Of a DNA stretch of 64,000 bases, positions 44,300 through 56,709 are shown piece after piece. Made by a program: the position numbers and the translations under genes. The notes beneath the pieces were generated by a model. The model was not told the origin of the DNA and made no database searches. It saw nothing but the letters and a program-made list of their open reading frames with translations. The DNA comes from Kiloniellaceae bacterium. GTDB taxonomy: Bacteria; Pseudomonadota; Alphaproteobacteria; Kiloniellales; J153. The DNA lies in assembly GCA_046758005.1 (NCBI GenBank), contig JBHHZJ010000005.1, forward strand, positions 3,155-67,154, given 5' to 3'. How positions within the stretch are numbered: position 1 is the first letter of the stretch; every line of letters begins with the position of its first letter.

Positions 44300-44766
44300 G
44301 GGAGGCTTACCACCCACGATCATAAGAGAACGATACGTGCGACCGCCTTGCAGCTATTCTCGCCGAGGCGCGTGGTGCGCCGCGATGCCGGCGCATCACA
44401 GGGACCGTGCGACGACGACCGAAGGGCGCACAAGACCGCCCGGAGGGCGCTCTTCCCGTCCCGCGGAGGGCGTCGACGCCGCTTGGCGATGTCCCGCATC
44501 GCCGGCGCGCCGTTTCCACCCCAACGGACGGGAAAAGGCCATCCCACGCACCATCCTCTTACTCTTACGATGGCGGGTACTCGTCCTCGGGCCGCCGTGA
44601 TGTACTCCACGCCCCTTGGGGTGTCAAGCGGCCCACCGCCGGCGCGAACGGCCCTCGGCCGCCCATTGTAGAAACAGATATAGGGTCCGCCGCGCCGTAT
44701 ACCAGGCGTTCGCCCCCTAGCGGACGAACGAATCGCGGCGGCCCTCCAGACATGCCATTTGCGGTC

Positions 44767-44842
44767 TGGTGGGCGATGACGGAGTCGAACCGCCGACCTT
44801 CTCGGTGTAAACGAGACGCTCTGCCGACTGAGCTAATCGCCC
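44767..44842 (-). tRNA. tRNA-Val (anticodon TAC)
   Basis: Reverse complement GGGCGATTAGCTCAGTCGGCAGAGCGTCTCGTTTACACCGAGAAGGTCGGCGGTTCGACTCCGTCATCGCCCACCA. Anticodon loop TTTACAC; encoded CCA. Confidence 0.95.
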
Positions 44843-44925
44843 ACGGGGTCGTATCGCCCGCGCGCGTTTCGAACACGTCTTGGACCCGCCTCTCTGAGCG
44901 GCCGGTCCGCTTTGCGGCGCGCGGC

Positions 44926-44968
44926 AAAAAAACGCCGACCGCCTCCGCCTGGGACGCGGGGCGGCCGG
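44926..44968 (-). terminator. Rho-independent terminator of hup
   Basis: On the minus strand, CCGGCCGCC...GGCGGUCGG forms a 9-bp stem (one G-U pair) with an inner CCGC/GCGG helix. It is followed by CG + UUUUUUU (A-run 44926-44932 on the plus strand). Confidence 0.65.
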
Positions 44969-44995
44969 GGCCGAATCGCGTGCATGCGCGTTTTT

Positions 44996-45271
44996 CTACC
45001 TGTTCACCGAGTCCTTGAGCGCCTTGCCCGCCTTGAACTTGGGCTGGTTGGATGCAGGAATCTTGATCCGTTCACCGGTCCGCGGATTCCGGCCTTCCGA
45101 CGCGCGCCGCCTGCTGACGGAAAATGTCCCGAAGCCCACAAGGCGAACCTCTTCACCTCCCTTGAGGGCGTCACTGATCGCATCGATCACGCTGTCGATG
45201 GCGTTGGTGCTGTCCGCCTTGGATAAACCAGTCCTCTCTGCAACGACGGCTACGAGATCATTCTTGTTCAC
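44996..45271 (-). CDS. hup: Nucleoid-associated DNA-binding protein HU
   Basis: ORF 44996..45388 trimmed to GTG 45271 (M/VNKNDLVAVVAERTGLSKADSTNAIDSVIDAI...GFGTFSVSRRRASEGRNPRTGERIKIPASNQPKFKAGKALKD). 91 aa, canonical HU. Confidence 0.93.
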   Translation of the reverse strand: MNKNDLVAVVAERTGLSKADSTNAIDSVIDAISDALKGGEEVRLVGFGTFSVSRRRASEGRNPRTGERIKIPASNQPKFKAGKALKDSVNR

Positions 45272-45342
45272 GTTGGACCCCCCTAGAATGGACAAAGACA
45301 GGTGCGCAGAAGTGGAAAGAAAGGCACGCTGAAGGAGCCGGG

Positions 45343-45372
45343 ATTTTAGATCGCAGAATCCGGCGGCGTCAA
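45343..45372 (-). promoter_or_regulatory. Putative sigma70 promoter of hup
   Basis: On the minus strand, TTGACG (45372-45367), an 18-nt spacer, then TAAAAT (45348-45343). This sits about 70 nt upstream of the GTG start. Confidence 0.4.
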
Positions 45373-45454
45373 TGCGACAACGCGCCAAATACGAAGGATT
45401 CTCGGCCTTCTTCGTGGATAAGATCGGTCCGGCGAGTGCCGCCGCCCGACGGCG

Positions 45455-47863
<2,409 letters not shown>

Positions 47864-48009
47864 GTTGCCTCGTTACTTGTGACGACGCGGCGAGCCGCGC
47901 CGGGCCTTCGCAAGCGTTGGGTTCACACCCAAGACCCGCATTCTCCCCTGAAAATCGTGCGCGCCGAGGACGAGTTCAAGGGTATGGCCGCTGGGCCCCC
48001 GGGGCCGGC

Positions 48010-49275
<1,266 letters not shown>

Positions 49276-49534
49276 GCCTTCGACGTCTCGAACCCTTGAT
49301 TCGGCCAAGTCATGTTAGACACACGGGCCACCGGCACACAACGGGAAAATCGGCATTTCCGGGCCGGTTTGCCGCCTCCGCCGGCCGTTTGCGGCGCGGC
49401 CGCGCGCTCCCTAACTTAACTGTAGGCGCGGCGCTTCAAGAATCCCTTAACGGCGCAGCGCCCGCCGCGTTAACCCTAATCGGCTCCCCTGAGTTACGAT
49501 TACGTTACCATTGGGTTAACGGGGCCGGGACCGC

Positions 49535-50206
49535 TCAAGCGCCGTCGCCCGGCCCGATCGACTGGCCCTCCTCGTCCTTCGCCCCTTTCGCCCCCGCCGG
49601 CCGGTTGACCACGACGTGGTCGATGAGGCCGAAGCTCTCGGCCTCCTCTGGGGTGAGGAACTTGTCGCGCTCCATGGCGTCCTCGATGGCCGTCAGCGAC
49701 TGGCCCGTGTGCGTGGCGTAAATCTCGTTCAACCGGCTGCGCGTGCGGATGATCTCGCGGGCGTGAATTTCGACGTCCGTGGCCTGGCCCTCGAAGCCGC
49801 CGGAGGGTTGGTGCACCATGATCTTGGCGTTGGGCAGGGAGTAGCGCTTGCCGTGGGCCCCGGCCATGAGCAGCAGCGAGCCGGCCGAGGCCGCCTGCCC
49901 GATGCACACCGTCGAAACGTCCGGGCGGATGTACTGCATCGTGTCGTAAATGGCCAGCCCCGCGGTGACCACGCCACCCGGCGAGTTCACGTAGAACGCG
50001 ATGTCCTTGTTCGGGTTTTCGGACTCCAGATACAGCAGTTGGGCGCAGACCAGGCTGGCCACGGAATCGTTGATCGGCCCGGTTAGGAAAATTATCCGCT
50101 CCTTGAGCAGGCGGGAATAGATGTCGTAGGCCCGCTCGCCCCGGTTGGTCTGTTCGACCACCATGGGGACGAGCAAATTCATGGACGTATCGCGTGCGTC
50201 GCTCAT
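49535..50206 (-). CDS. clpP: ATP-dependent Clp protease proteolytic subunit
   Basis: 223-aa ORF. The Ser-His-Asp context is present ([21 protein letters not shown]). About 25 aa of extra Gly/Ala/Lys-rich C-terminal tail. Confidence 0.96.
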   Translation of the reverse strand: MSDARDTSMNLLVPMVVEQTNRGERAYDIYSRLLKERIIFLTGPINDSVASLVCAQLLYLESENPNKDIAFYVNSPGGVVTAGLAIYDTMQYIRPDVSTVCIGQAASAGSLLLMAGAHGKRYSLPNAKIMVHQPSGGFEGQATDVEIHAREIIRTRSRLNEIYATHTGQSLTAIEDAMERDKFLTPEEAESFGLIDHVVVNRPAGAKGAKDEEGQSIGPGDGA

Positions 50207-50255
50207 GAGATGTGTGTTCCTTGCGTGGCGAGCCGAGACCGCCGCCCCGGCCGGC

Positions 50256-51716
50256 TCAGGATTGCGTGTCCGCAGCGCCTTTCCTGCCGCCCGATTTCCC
50301 GGTCCGTCCGGCGCCCTCGTCCGCGTTCTTGCCTTTGCCGCCCTTGGCCGCGGATTCGGCCGGCTTCGCCTCGCTCTGAGCGGCCTCGTCGGCCTCAGCC
50401 GCCATTTCCGCGCGCAATTCGGCGGGCGTCACGTTGCGCTCGGTCACCTTGGCGAGATCGACGATGAAGTCGACGACCTTGTCCTCGAAAATCGGCGCGC
50501 GCAGGTTGGCCATGGCCTCGGGTGCGCGTTGATATAATTCGAAGACCGTGCGCTCGTGGCCCGGGTGGCGCTGGGCCTCGCGCAGCACGGCACGGTTGAG
50601 TTCGTCCTGGCTAACCTCGATTCCGTTGCGCCGCCCCACTTCCGAGATCAGGAGCCCAAGCCGCACCCGCCGTTCGGCGATCGTCCGGTATTCCTGCTTG
50701 AGCTCGTCCTCGCTCTTGGCCGCATCCTCCGGGTCGAGCCGGCCCTCCCGGCGGTCTTCCTCGATCTGTCGCCAGATGGTGTCGAACTCCGCGTCGACCA
50801 TGCCCTCTGGAACCGGGAAGTCGTGCGCCTCGGCCAGTTTGTCAAGGAGCTGGCGCTTCAGCCGGCCGCGCGCGACGTCCCGATACTCGCCCGCCAGGCG
50901 CTCGCGCACCCGCTCCTTCAGGGCCGCCAGGTCGGTCTCGCCCAACGTCGCGGCCAGCTCGTCGTCGATGGGCACCGGCGCCGGTTCGAGGATGTTCTTG
51001 ATCTTGACCGTGAAGACCGCATCCCGGCCGGCCAAGCGGTCGTTGACATAGGTCTCCGGGAAGGTCAGCTTGACCTCCCGGGTGTCGCCGATCTCGGCGC
51101 CGACCAGCTGGTCCTCGAAGCCCTGGACGAAGCTGTTCGAGCCAAGCTCCAGGTGATGGTCCTCCGCGGACATGCCGGGGAATTCCTCGCCGTCCACGGT
51201 GCCCGTGAAATCGAGCACCAGGACGTCACCCAATTGCGCCTTGCGCGGCTGGTCCAGCGGCTTGGTCCTCTTGTGCGCCTTGGCCAAGTCCGACAGCGTC
51301 TCCTCGACCGCGCTCTCCTCCACCGCGATGGCAAGGCGCTCGAGCTCGAGGCCGGAGAAGTCCATCGGCTCGATCTCCGGCAGAATCTCGAGCGCCATGG
51401 TGTATTCGAGGTCCTTGCCCTCGTCGAAGGAGGTGATCTCGATTTTCGGCGGCGTCGCCGGGCGCAGGCCGCGCTCGTTGATCGCCTGGCTCGAGCTGTC
51501 GTTGACGGCGCGCTCCAGCACCTCGCCCATCACCGACTTGCCGAAGCGCCGCTTCAGGATGTTCAGCGGCACCTTGCCGGGCCGGAAGCCCGGCACGCTC
51601 ACCCGGGTGCCGAGCTCCTGCAGGCGCCCGGCCATCTTCTCGTCGATGTCCTCGGCGCTGATCAGGACCTTGTATTCGCGTTTCAGGCCCTCGGTGTGTG
51701 TCTCGGTAACCTGCAT
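50256..51716 (-). CDS. tig: Trigger factor
   Basis: ORF 50256..51860 trimmed to ATG 51716 ([19 protein letters not shown]); the extension runs into tRNA-Leu. 486 aa, including a ~50-aa Ala/Lys/Gly-rich C-terminal tail. Confidence 0.94.
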   Translation of the reverse strand: MQVTETHTEGLKREYKVLISAEDIDEKMAGRLQELGTRVSVPGFRPGKVPLNILKRRFGKSVMGEVLERAVNDSSSQAINERGLRPATPPKIEITSFDEGKDLEYTMALEILPEIEPMDFSGLELERLAIAVEESAVEETLSDLAKAHKRTKPLDQPRKAQLGDVLVLDFTGTVDGEEFPGMSAEDHHLELGSNSFVQGFEDQLVGAEIGDTREVKLTFPETYVNDRLAGRDAVFTVKIKNILEPAPVPIDDELAATLGETDLAALKERVRERLAGEYRDVARGRLKRQLLDKLAEAHDFPVPEGMVDAEFDTIWRQIEEDRREGRLDPEDAAKSEDELKQEYRTIAERRVRLGLLISEVGRRNGIEVSQDELNRAVLREAQRHPGHERTVFELYQRAPEAMANLRAPIFEDKVVDFIVDLAKVTERNVTPAELRAEMAAEADEAAQSEAKPAESAAKGGKGKNADEGAGRTGKSGGRKGAADTQS

Positions 51717-51812
51717 GGGCGGTTTGGCCTTTCCGTTCCCCGCCCCCTCCCGGATGTCTCCGACCGCGCCGCCGGCGGGCTGCGGCCTCGAAGGGCGGAT
51801 CTGCTCGATCGG

Positions 51813-51897
51813 TGGTGCGGGCGGAGGGACTTGAACCCCCACGGATTGCTCCACTGGCACCTAAAGCCAGCGCGTCTACCGGTTCCGCCACGCCCGC
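51813..51897 (-). tRNA. tRNA-Leu (anticodon TAG)
   Basis: Reverse complement GCGGGCGTGGCGGAACCGGTAGACGCGCTGGCTTTAGGTGCCAGTGGAGCAATCCGTGGGGGTTCAAGTCCCTCCGCCCGCACCA. Long variable arm; anticodon loop TTTAGGT; encoded CCA. Confidence 0.94.
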
Positions 51898-51957
51898 GTC
51901 GCTGGCGGCGGCCCGTGTACAACATAGTGATCGCGGGCGCAACAGCCAGGGCCCGCT

Positions 51958-54414
51958 TCACCCCGCCTCGGCGCTCGCGCCGGCCGCGGGTGCCAAACGC
52001 GATAGGCACGCCGCGGCGCAGGCCTCCACGATCGCCTCGGCGTCGATCCGGTACGTGCGGTACAGGTCCGGGAGGTCGCCCGACTGGCCGAAGTGCTCGA
52101 CGCCGAGCGCCTGGACGCGGTGACCCTGCACGCCGCCCAGCCAGCTCAGCGCTGCTGGATGGCCGTCGACCACGGTGACCAGCGCCGCGTCGGGGGCCAG
52201 CGGCGCCAGCAGGCGCTCGACCGGCGCGCGCGCCGCGCGGCCGCCGTCCTGGCGCGCCCGTTCGGCTGCGTGCCAGGCGGCGTTCAGGCGGTCGGCCGAG
52301 GTGACGGCGAGCAGCCCGGCGCCCGGGATGTCCTCGCAGATCGCATCGTATGCGGCGATCGCCTCGGGCGCGACCGCCCCGGTGTAGACGATGGCGAGCT
52401 CCGCCCCAGGCCGCGGCGGGCGCAACCAGTAGCCGCCGGTGATCACCGCCTCCTCGAGTTCGTCGGACAGCATGCGCTCCGGCTGCGCCAGCGGCCGGGT
52501 GGAGAGCCGGAGATAGACCGCGCCGCCCGCGGCGTCGCGCAACCAGTCGGTCCCGGCCCCGGCCGCCTTTGCCTCGCCGGGACGCTGCATGTAGTCGAAA
52601 GCCCAACCCATGATCGTGGCCAACTCGTCGACGAAGGCCGGCTCGAAACTGGCAAGCCCGTCCTGCGCCATGCCGATGAGCGGGGTCGAGATCGACTGGT
52701 GCGCGCCGCCCTCGGGGCCGAGCGTGATGCCCGAGGGGGTCGCGACAACCATGAAGCGGGCGTCCTGGTAGCAGGCGTAGTTCAAGGCGTCCAGGCCGCG
52801 CTGGATGAACGGGTCGTAGAGCGTGCCGACCGGCAGCAGGCGCACGCCGAACAAGGAGTGCGACAGGCCGAGGGCGGCGAGCAGGATGAACAAGTTGTTC
52901 TCGGCGATACCCAGCTCGATGTGCTGACCCTCCGGAGACATGGCCCAGCGCTGGGCCGAGACGACCTTCTGCTCCTTGAACACGTCCCCGCGCCGGTGCC
53001 GGTCGAAGATGCCGCGCCGGTTGACCCAGCCGCCCAGGTTGGTCGAGACCGTGACGTCGGGCGATGTGGTGACGATGCGCTCGGCGAGCGCGCCGCCGTC
53101 GCGCGCCAGGTCGGCCATGATTCGCCCGAAACCCTCCTGCGTGGACATGACCTCGCCGCGCGGCTGGGGAAATTGGGCCGGCTTCGGCACCCGCGCCGCG
53201 GTATGGCGCTGCGGGCCGCGGGCCGCGAAGGGCACCCGGTCGAGGAAGGCCTGCAGGGTCTCCGCCGGCAATTCCAGCCCGGCGAAGCGGTCCCATTCGG
53301 CACCGTCCGGAATCCGGTGGCGGCGCTTGAACTCGGCCATCTGGGCCGGGTTCATCAGACCGGCGTGGTTGTCCTTGTGACCGGCGAACGGCAGGCCCAG
53401 GCCCTTGATCGTGTACGCGATGAAGCAGGTCGGCCGATCGTCCTGGACGCCGTGGAAGGCCTCGAGCACCGAGTCCATGTCGTGCCCCGCCAGGTTCGTC
53501 ATGAGCCCGGCCAGCGCGTCGTCGTCGTGCGAATCCAGCAGCGCCCCGACGCCGGGCACGTGGCCGATGTCGGCGGCCAGCTGTCGGCGCCAAGCCGCGC
53601 CGCCCTGGAATACCAGGGCCGAGTACAGCGAGTTCGGGCAGTCGTCGATCCACTGGCGCAAGGCCGCGCCGCCCGGCTGCCGGAAGGCGGCCTGAAGGCG
53701 GTTGCCGTACTTCAGGGTCACCACCTCCCAGCCGAAGTTCGAGAACATCCGGTCGATGCGCCCGAACAGGCGGTCGGTGACCACGGCGTCCAGGCTTTGC
53801 CGGTTGTAGTCGATGACCCACCAGACGTTCCGGACGTCGTGCTTCCAGCCCTCGAACATCGCCTCGTAGACGTTGCCCTCGTCGAGCTCGGCGTCGCCGA
53901 GGAGCGCGACCACGCGGCCCTCGGGCAGGTCCTCGGGCGCCCAGCCCTTCAGCCGCACGTAGTCCTGCGCCAGGCCGGCGAACGTGGTCATGGCCACGCC
54001 GAGGCCGACCGAGCCGGTCGAGAAGTCGACGTCGTCCACGTCCTTGGTCCGCGAGGGATAGGACTGCGCGCCGCCGAGCGCGCGGAAGCGCTCCAGATTC
54101 TCCCGGGTCTGGTGGCCGAGCAGGTACTGGATGGCGTGAAACACCGGGCTGGCGTGCGGCTTGACCGCGACCCGGTCGTGCGGCCGCAGGACGTCGAAGT
54201 AGAGGGCCGTCATCAGCGTGACCAGCGAAGCGCTCGAAGCCTGATGGCCGCCGACCTTCAGGCCGTCCCGGCTTTCGCGCAGGTAGTTGGCGTTATGGAT
54301 GGTCCAGCTCGACAGCCAAAGAACCTTCCTTTCCAGCGCGCGCAAGCACGCGAGCCGGGTCTCGGCCGCGGCGGCCTCGCCGTCCCGTCGTTCCAGCGCC
54401 AAGCGGTTGGTCAT
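51958..54414 (-). CDS. Homodimeric (AceE-type) 2-oxoacid dehydrogenase E1 / transketolase-superfamily protein, stand-alone
   Basis: ORF 51958..54573 (TTG start). I prefer ATG 54414, which has SD GAAGGGG 8 nt upstream (818 aa); ATG 54456 is an alternative. ThDP-enzyme regions resemble E. coli AceE: GGHQASSASL..., LLGDAELDEGNVYEA, IELGIAENNLF, GPEGGAHQS, GVEHFGQSGD. Confidence 0.8.
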   Translation of the reverse strand: MTNRLALERRDGEAAAAETRLACLRALERKVLWLSSWTIHNANYLRESRDGLKVGGHQASSASLVTLMTALYFDVLRPHDRVAVKPHASPVFHAIQYLLGHQTRENLERFRALGGAQSYPSRTKDVDDVDFSTGSVGLGVAMTTFAGLAQDYVRLKGWAPEDLPEGRVVALLGDAELDEGNVYEAMFEGWKHDVRNVWWVIDYNRQSLDAVVTDRLFGRIDRMFSNFGWEVVTLKYGNRLQAAFRQPGGAALRQWIDDCPNSLYSALVFQGGAAWRRQLAADIGHVPGVGALLDSHDDDALAGLMTNLAGHDMDSVLEAFHGVQDDRPTCFIAYTIKGLGLPFAGHKDNHAGLMNPAQMAEFKRRHRIPDGAEWDRFAGLELPAETLQAFLDRVPFAARGPQRHTAARVPKPAQFPQPRGEVMSTQEGFGRIMADLARDGGALAERIVTTSPDVTVSTNLGGWVNRRGIFDRHRRGDVFKEQKVVSAQRWAMSPEGQHIELGIAENNLFILLAALGLSHSLFGVRLLPVGTLYDPFIQRGLDALNYACYQDARFMVVATPSGITLGPEGGAHQSISTPLIGMAQDGLASFEPAFVDELATIMGWAFDYMQRPGEAKAAGAGTDWLRDAAGGAVYLRLSTRPLAQPERMLSDELEEAVITGGYWLRPPRPGAELAIVYTGAVAPEAIAAYDAICEDIPGAGLLAVTSADRLNAAWHAAERARQDGGRAARAPVERLLAPLAPDAALVTVVDGHPAALSWLGGVQGHRVQALGVEHFGQSGDLPDLYRTYRIDAEAIVEACAAACLSRLAPAAGASAEAG

Positions 54415-54652
54415 CCGGCAGACCCCTTCGCGCCGCCGCGCCTCCGCGACACGCATCGGATCGGATTCGTCCCGGGCGTTATGATCCACGAGGTCCGGCC
54501 GGTCCACAAGCCCGAGTGACGACAGCGGACCCGGGCCCTGCGCCCGGGTCCGGCCCGTCTTTCGGCGAATCAAGCGGCAATCGGGCCAGGTCCGGCCTTT
54601 ATTTTACCGGCTTAGATTAAGGCTGAAAGAAAGGTCACTAACGGTTTAATGC

Positions 54653-54714
54653 AAAAAAACAAAATACGAGACCGCCCGAGCCGTAGCCGCAGGCGCACCC
54701 GTCTGGGGCCGGTC
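54653..54714 (-). terminator. Probable intrinsic terminator of the 87-aa orphan gene
   Basis: On the minus strand, a GC-rich imperfect hairpin (GACCGGCCC...GGGCGGUC) is followed by UCGUAUUUUGUUUUUUU. The exact stem is not resolved by eye. Confidence 0.5.
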
Positions 54715-54731
54715 CGCGCTCCGGTGCGGGT

Positions 54732-54995
54732 TCAGCCGGCGACGGCCTTCGTGAAACGCTCGGCGAAGCTGGTCAGACCGAGGGTGCGCTTTTCCTCGAA
54801 GCACTGCTGGTGCGCGCTCTCGATCGACACCGTGTAGTGCACGTGCGGCACACCCATGGAATCCGGGACGATATCCAGAACCCTTGCGATCTCGATGATG
54901 TTGCCCCGGCGAACCTTGCGGAAGACGGCCCCGATCTCGACATCCTGCCGACGGGGACCCGGTTTGAACCACTGGCCGACCTGTGACGCGAACAT
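54732..54995 (-). CDS. Hypothetical 87-aa protein (orphan)
   Basis: ORF MFASQVGQWFKPGPRRQDVEIGAVFRKVRRGNIIEIARVLDIVPDSMGVPHVHYTVSIESAHQQCFEEKRTLGLTSFAERFTKAVAG. Balanced, non-Arg/Pro-biased composition; SD GAAAGG 8 nt upstream; its own terminator. Family not recognised. Confidence 0.6.
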   Translation of the reverse strand: MFASQVGQWFKPGPRRQDVEIGAVFRKVRRGNIIEIARVLDIVPDSMGVPHVHYTVSIESAHQQCFEEKRTLGLTSFAERFTKAVAG

Positions 54996-55127
54996 GATGA
55001 ATACCTTTCACTCGACCCCGGCGTTGCGGCGCCCAACCTGCGCCCACTCTGGCCAGCATTATCGCCAATCCCGTTTAAGGTCAGGTTAATACTATAACCA
55101 ACAGAAAATTGAGAGATTCGATCAAGG

Positions 55128-55147
55128 TTTTCGCACATTTTCGCACA
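55128..55147. repeat. Tandem 10-nt direct repeat TTTTCGCACA x2
   Basis: Read directly from the sequence. Immediately 3' of the nnr stop codon and upstream of the orphan gene. Confidence 0.8.
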
Positions 55148-56629
55148 TTAGGGGGAGACCTGCGCCTTCAGGCGCCGCAGGACCCCTGGGAGGGCCTCCG
55201 GAAGGTCCTCGGCGATCAGGCCCGGGCCCACGGCGGCGCCCGCCTCGCCATGCAGCCACGCCGCGGCGCAGGACCCATCGAAGGGGGTCATGTCCTGGGC
55301 GAGCAGCCCGGCGACGAGGCCCGCCAGGACGTCGCCCGTGCCGGCGGTGGCGAGTTCGGGCGGCGCATTGGCGTTGATCGCCGCGCGACCGTCCGGCGCG
55401 GCAATCACCGAATCGGCGCCCTTGAGCAGAACCACCGCGCCGCTTTCCTTTGCCGCGGCCCGGGCGCGAGCGAGCTTGTCGCCCTCGATCCTCGGAAACA
55501 GGCGCGCGAATTCGCCCTCGTGCGGGGTCAGAACGCACGGCCCCCGGATGGCCGCGAACAGCTCGGCCGGGCGCTCCTGGAACGAGGTCAGGGCGTCGGC
55601 GTCCAGGACAACGGTCTTGCCCGCCGCCAGGGACGCAAGAACCCGGGTCCGGCTGCCCGCGCCGACGCCGAGGCCGGGCCCGGCCAGAACCGCGTTGCGC
55701 CGGGAATCGGCGAGCAGGCTTGCGAACTCCTCCTCGCTGTCGGCCGGGGCCGTGATCAGGCTCGCGCCCGAGAGCGCATAGATGGGCAGGGAGTCGCGGG
55801 TGCACGCCACGGTGACCAGGCCGGCCCCGACCCTGAGCGCGGCGCGGGCGGCCAGCCGCCCGGCGCCGGTCACCACCGCGCCGCCGAGCACGAGCGCGTG
55901 GCCGAAGCGGTACTTGTGGCTGTCGAGCTGGCGCCAGGGGTAGCGGGCGGACCAGAGCCCGGGCGCGTTCTCGAAGGTCCGGGGCGCGATCTGGTCCAGG
56001 ACGCCGTCCGGAATGCCGATGTCGGCGACCACCACCTCGCCGCACAGCCCGCGTCCGGGCAGCAGGAGGTGGCCTGGCTTCTTGCGAAAGAAGGTGACGC
56101 ACAGGGACGCCCGGAGCGCCGTGTCGCCCACCACCGCGCCGGTGTCGCCGGACAGGCCGCTCGGCACGTCCACGGCCACGGCGGGCAGGCGCGCGGCGTT
56201 CACCGTCTCGACGGCGGCGCGGGCCGCGCCGCCGAGCGGGCGCGTCAGGCCGGCGCCGAACAGGCCGTCGACCACCAGCCCCGCCCCATCGATCAGCCGC
56301 GGGATCGCATCCCGATCCAGCGGCTCCACCGTCCCGGGCCACAGGCCGGCGTGATGCGCGGCCTCGCCGCGCAGCGCCTCGCGCGCGCCGAGCAGCGCCA
56401 AGCGCACCGGCCACCCGGCCTCGGCCAGGTGCCGGGCCGTCACGAAGCCGTCACCGCCATTGTTCCCGGGGCCGCACAGCACCAGGACGGAACACGGCCG
56501 ATGGCGCGCGCGGACGGCCTCGGCGACGGCGCGCCCTGCGTTTTCCATCAACTCGATCCCGGGCACCCCGGCGCTCACGGCCGCTGCGTCGGCCCGGGAC
56601 ATCTCCGCCACCGTCAGAACGCAAGGCAT
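55148..56629 (-). CDS. nnr: Bifunctional NAD(P)H-hydrate repair enzyme (epimerase / ADP-dependent dehydratase)
   Basis: 493 aa from ATG 56629 (MPCVLTVAEMSRADAAAV...). YjeF_N motif GPGNNGGDG. C-terminal carbohydrate-kinase motifs HKYRFGHALVLGG and ATAGTGDVLAG. The supplied ORF 55148..57439 is over-extended. Confidence 0.9.
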   Translation of the reverse strand: MPCVLTVAEMSRADAAAVSAGVPGIELMENAGRAVAEAVRARHRPCSVLVLCGPGNNGGDGFVTARHLAEAGWPVRLALLGAREALRGEAAHHAGLWPGTVEPLDRDAIPRLIDGAGLVVDGLFGAGLTRPLGGAARAAVETVNAARLPAVAVDVPSGLSGDTGAVVGDTALRASLCVTFFRKKPGHLLLPGRGLCGEVVVADIGIPDGVLDQIAPRTFENAPGLWSARYPWRQLDSHKYRFGHALVLGGAVVTGAGRLAARAALRVGAGLVTVACTRDSLPIYALSGASLITAPADSEEEFASLLADSRRNAVLAGPGLGVGAGSRTRVLASLAAGKTVVLDADALTSFQERPAELFAAIRGPCVLTPHEGEFARLFPRIEGDKLARARAAAKESGAVVLLKGADSVIAAPDGRAAINANAPPELATAGTGDVLAGLVAGLLAQDMTPFDGSCAAAWLHGEAGAAVGPGLIAEDLPEALPGVLRRLKAQVSP

Positions 56630-56709
56630 CGCTGGTTTTCCGAATCCCTGGTCCGTGCCGTTCAAGACCCGCCTAAGGCAACCTGGCGGCCGGCCGAACG
56701 GCGCGGCGC

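Noticed and set aside
44320-44610. 96-aa minus-strand ORF inside the tRNA-Val/tRNA-Asp spacer.
   Set aside because: It is Arg/Trp-rich, uses many codons that are rare in this window (CGA, GGA, GTA, AGA, TTA), has no SD, and shows no family resemblance.
47864-48009. Sigma32-like heat-shock promoter upstream of lon (CTTGAA ... CACGATTT).
   Set aside because: The -10 match to CCCCATNT / CYTATNT is poor and the spacing is ambiguous. It is plausible biologically but not supported well enough by the sequence alone.
50256-51860. N-terminal extension of the tig ORF, and likewise of the Sel1/SPOR ORF (57560..58906), beyond the starts I chose.
   Set aside because: The extensions translate through the tRNA-Leu and tRNA-His genes respectively (for example ...VGSSPISHP... 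is the tRNA T-arm). Internal ATG codons give canonical N-termini.
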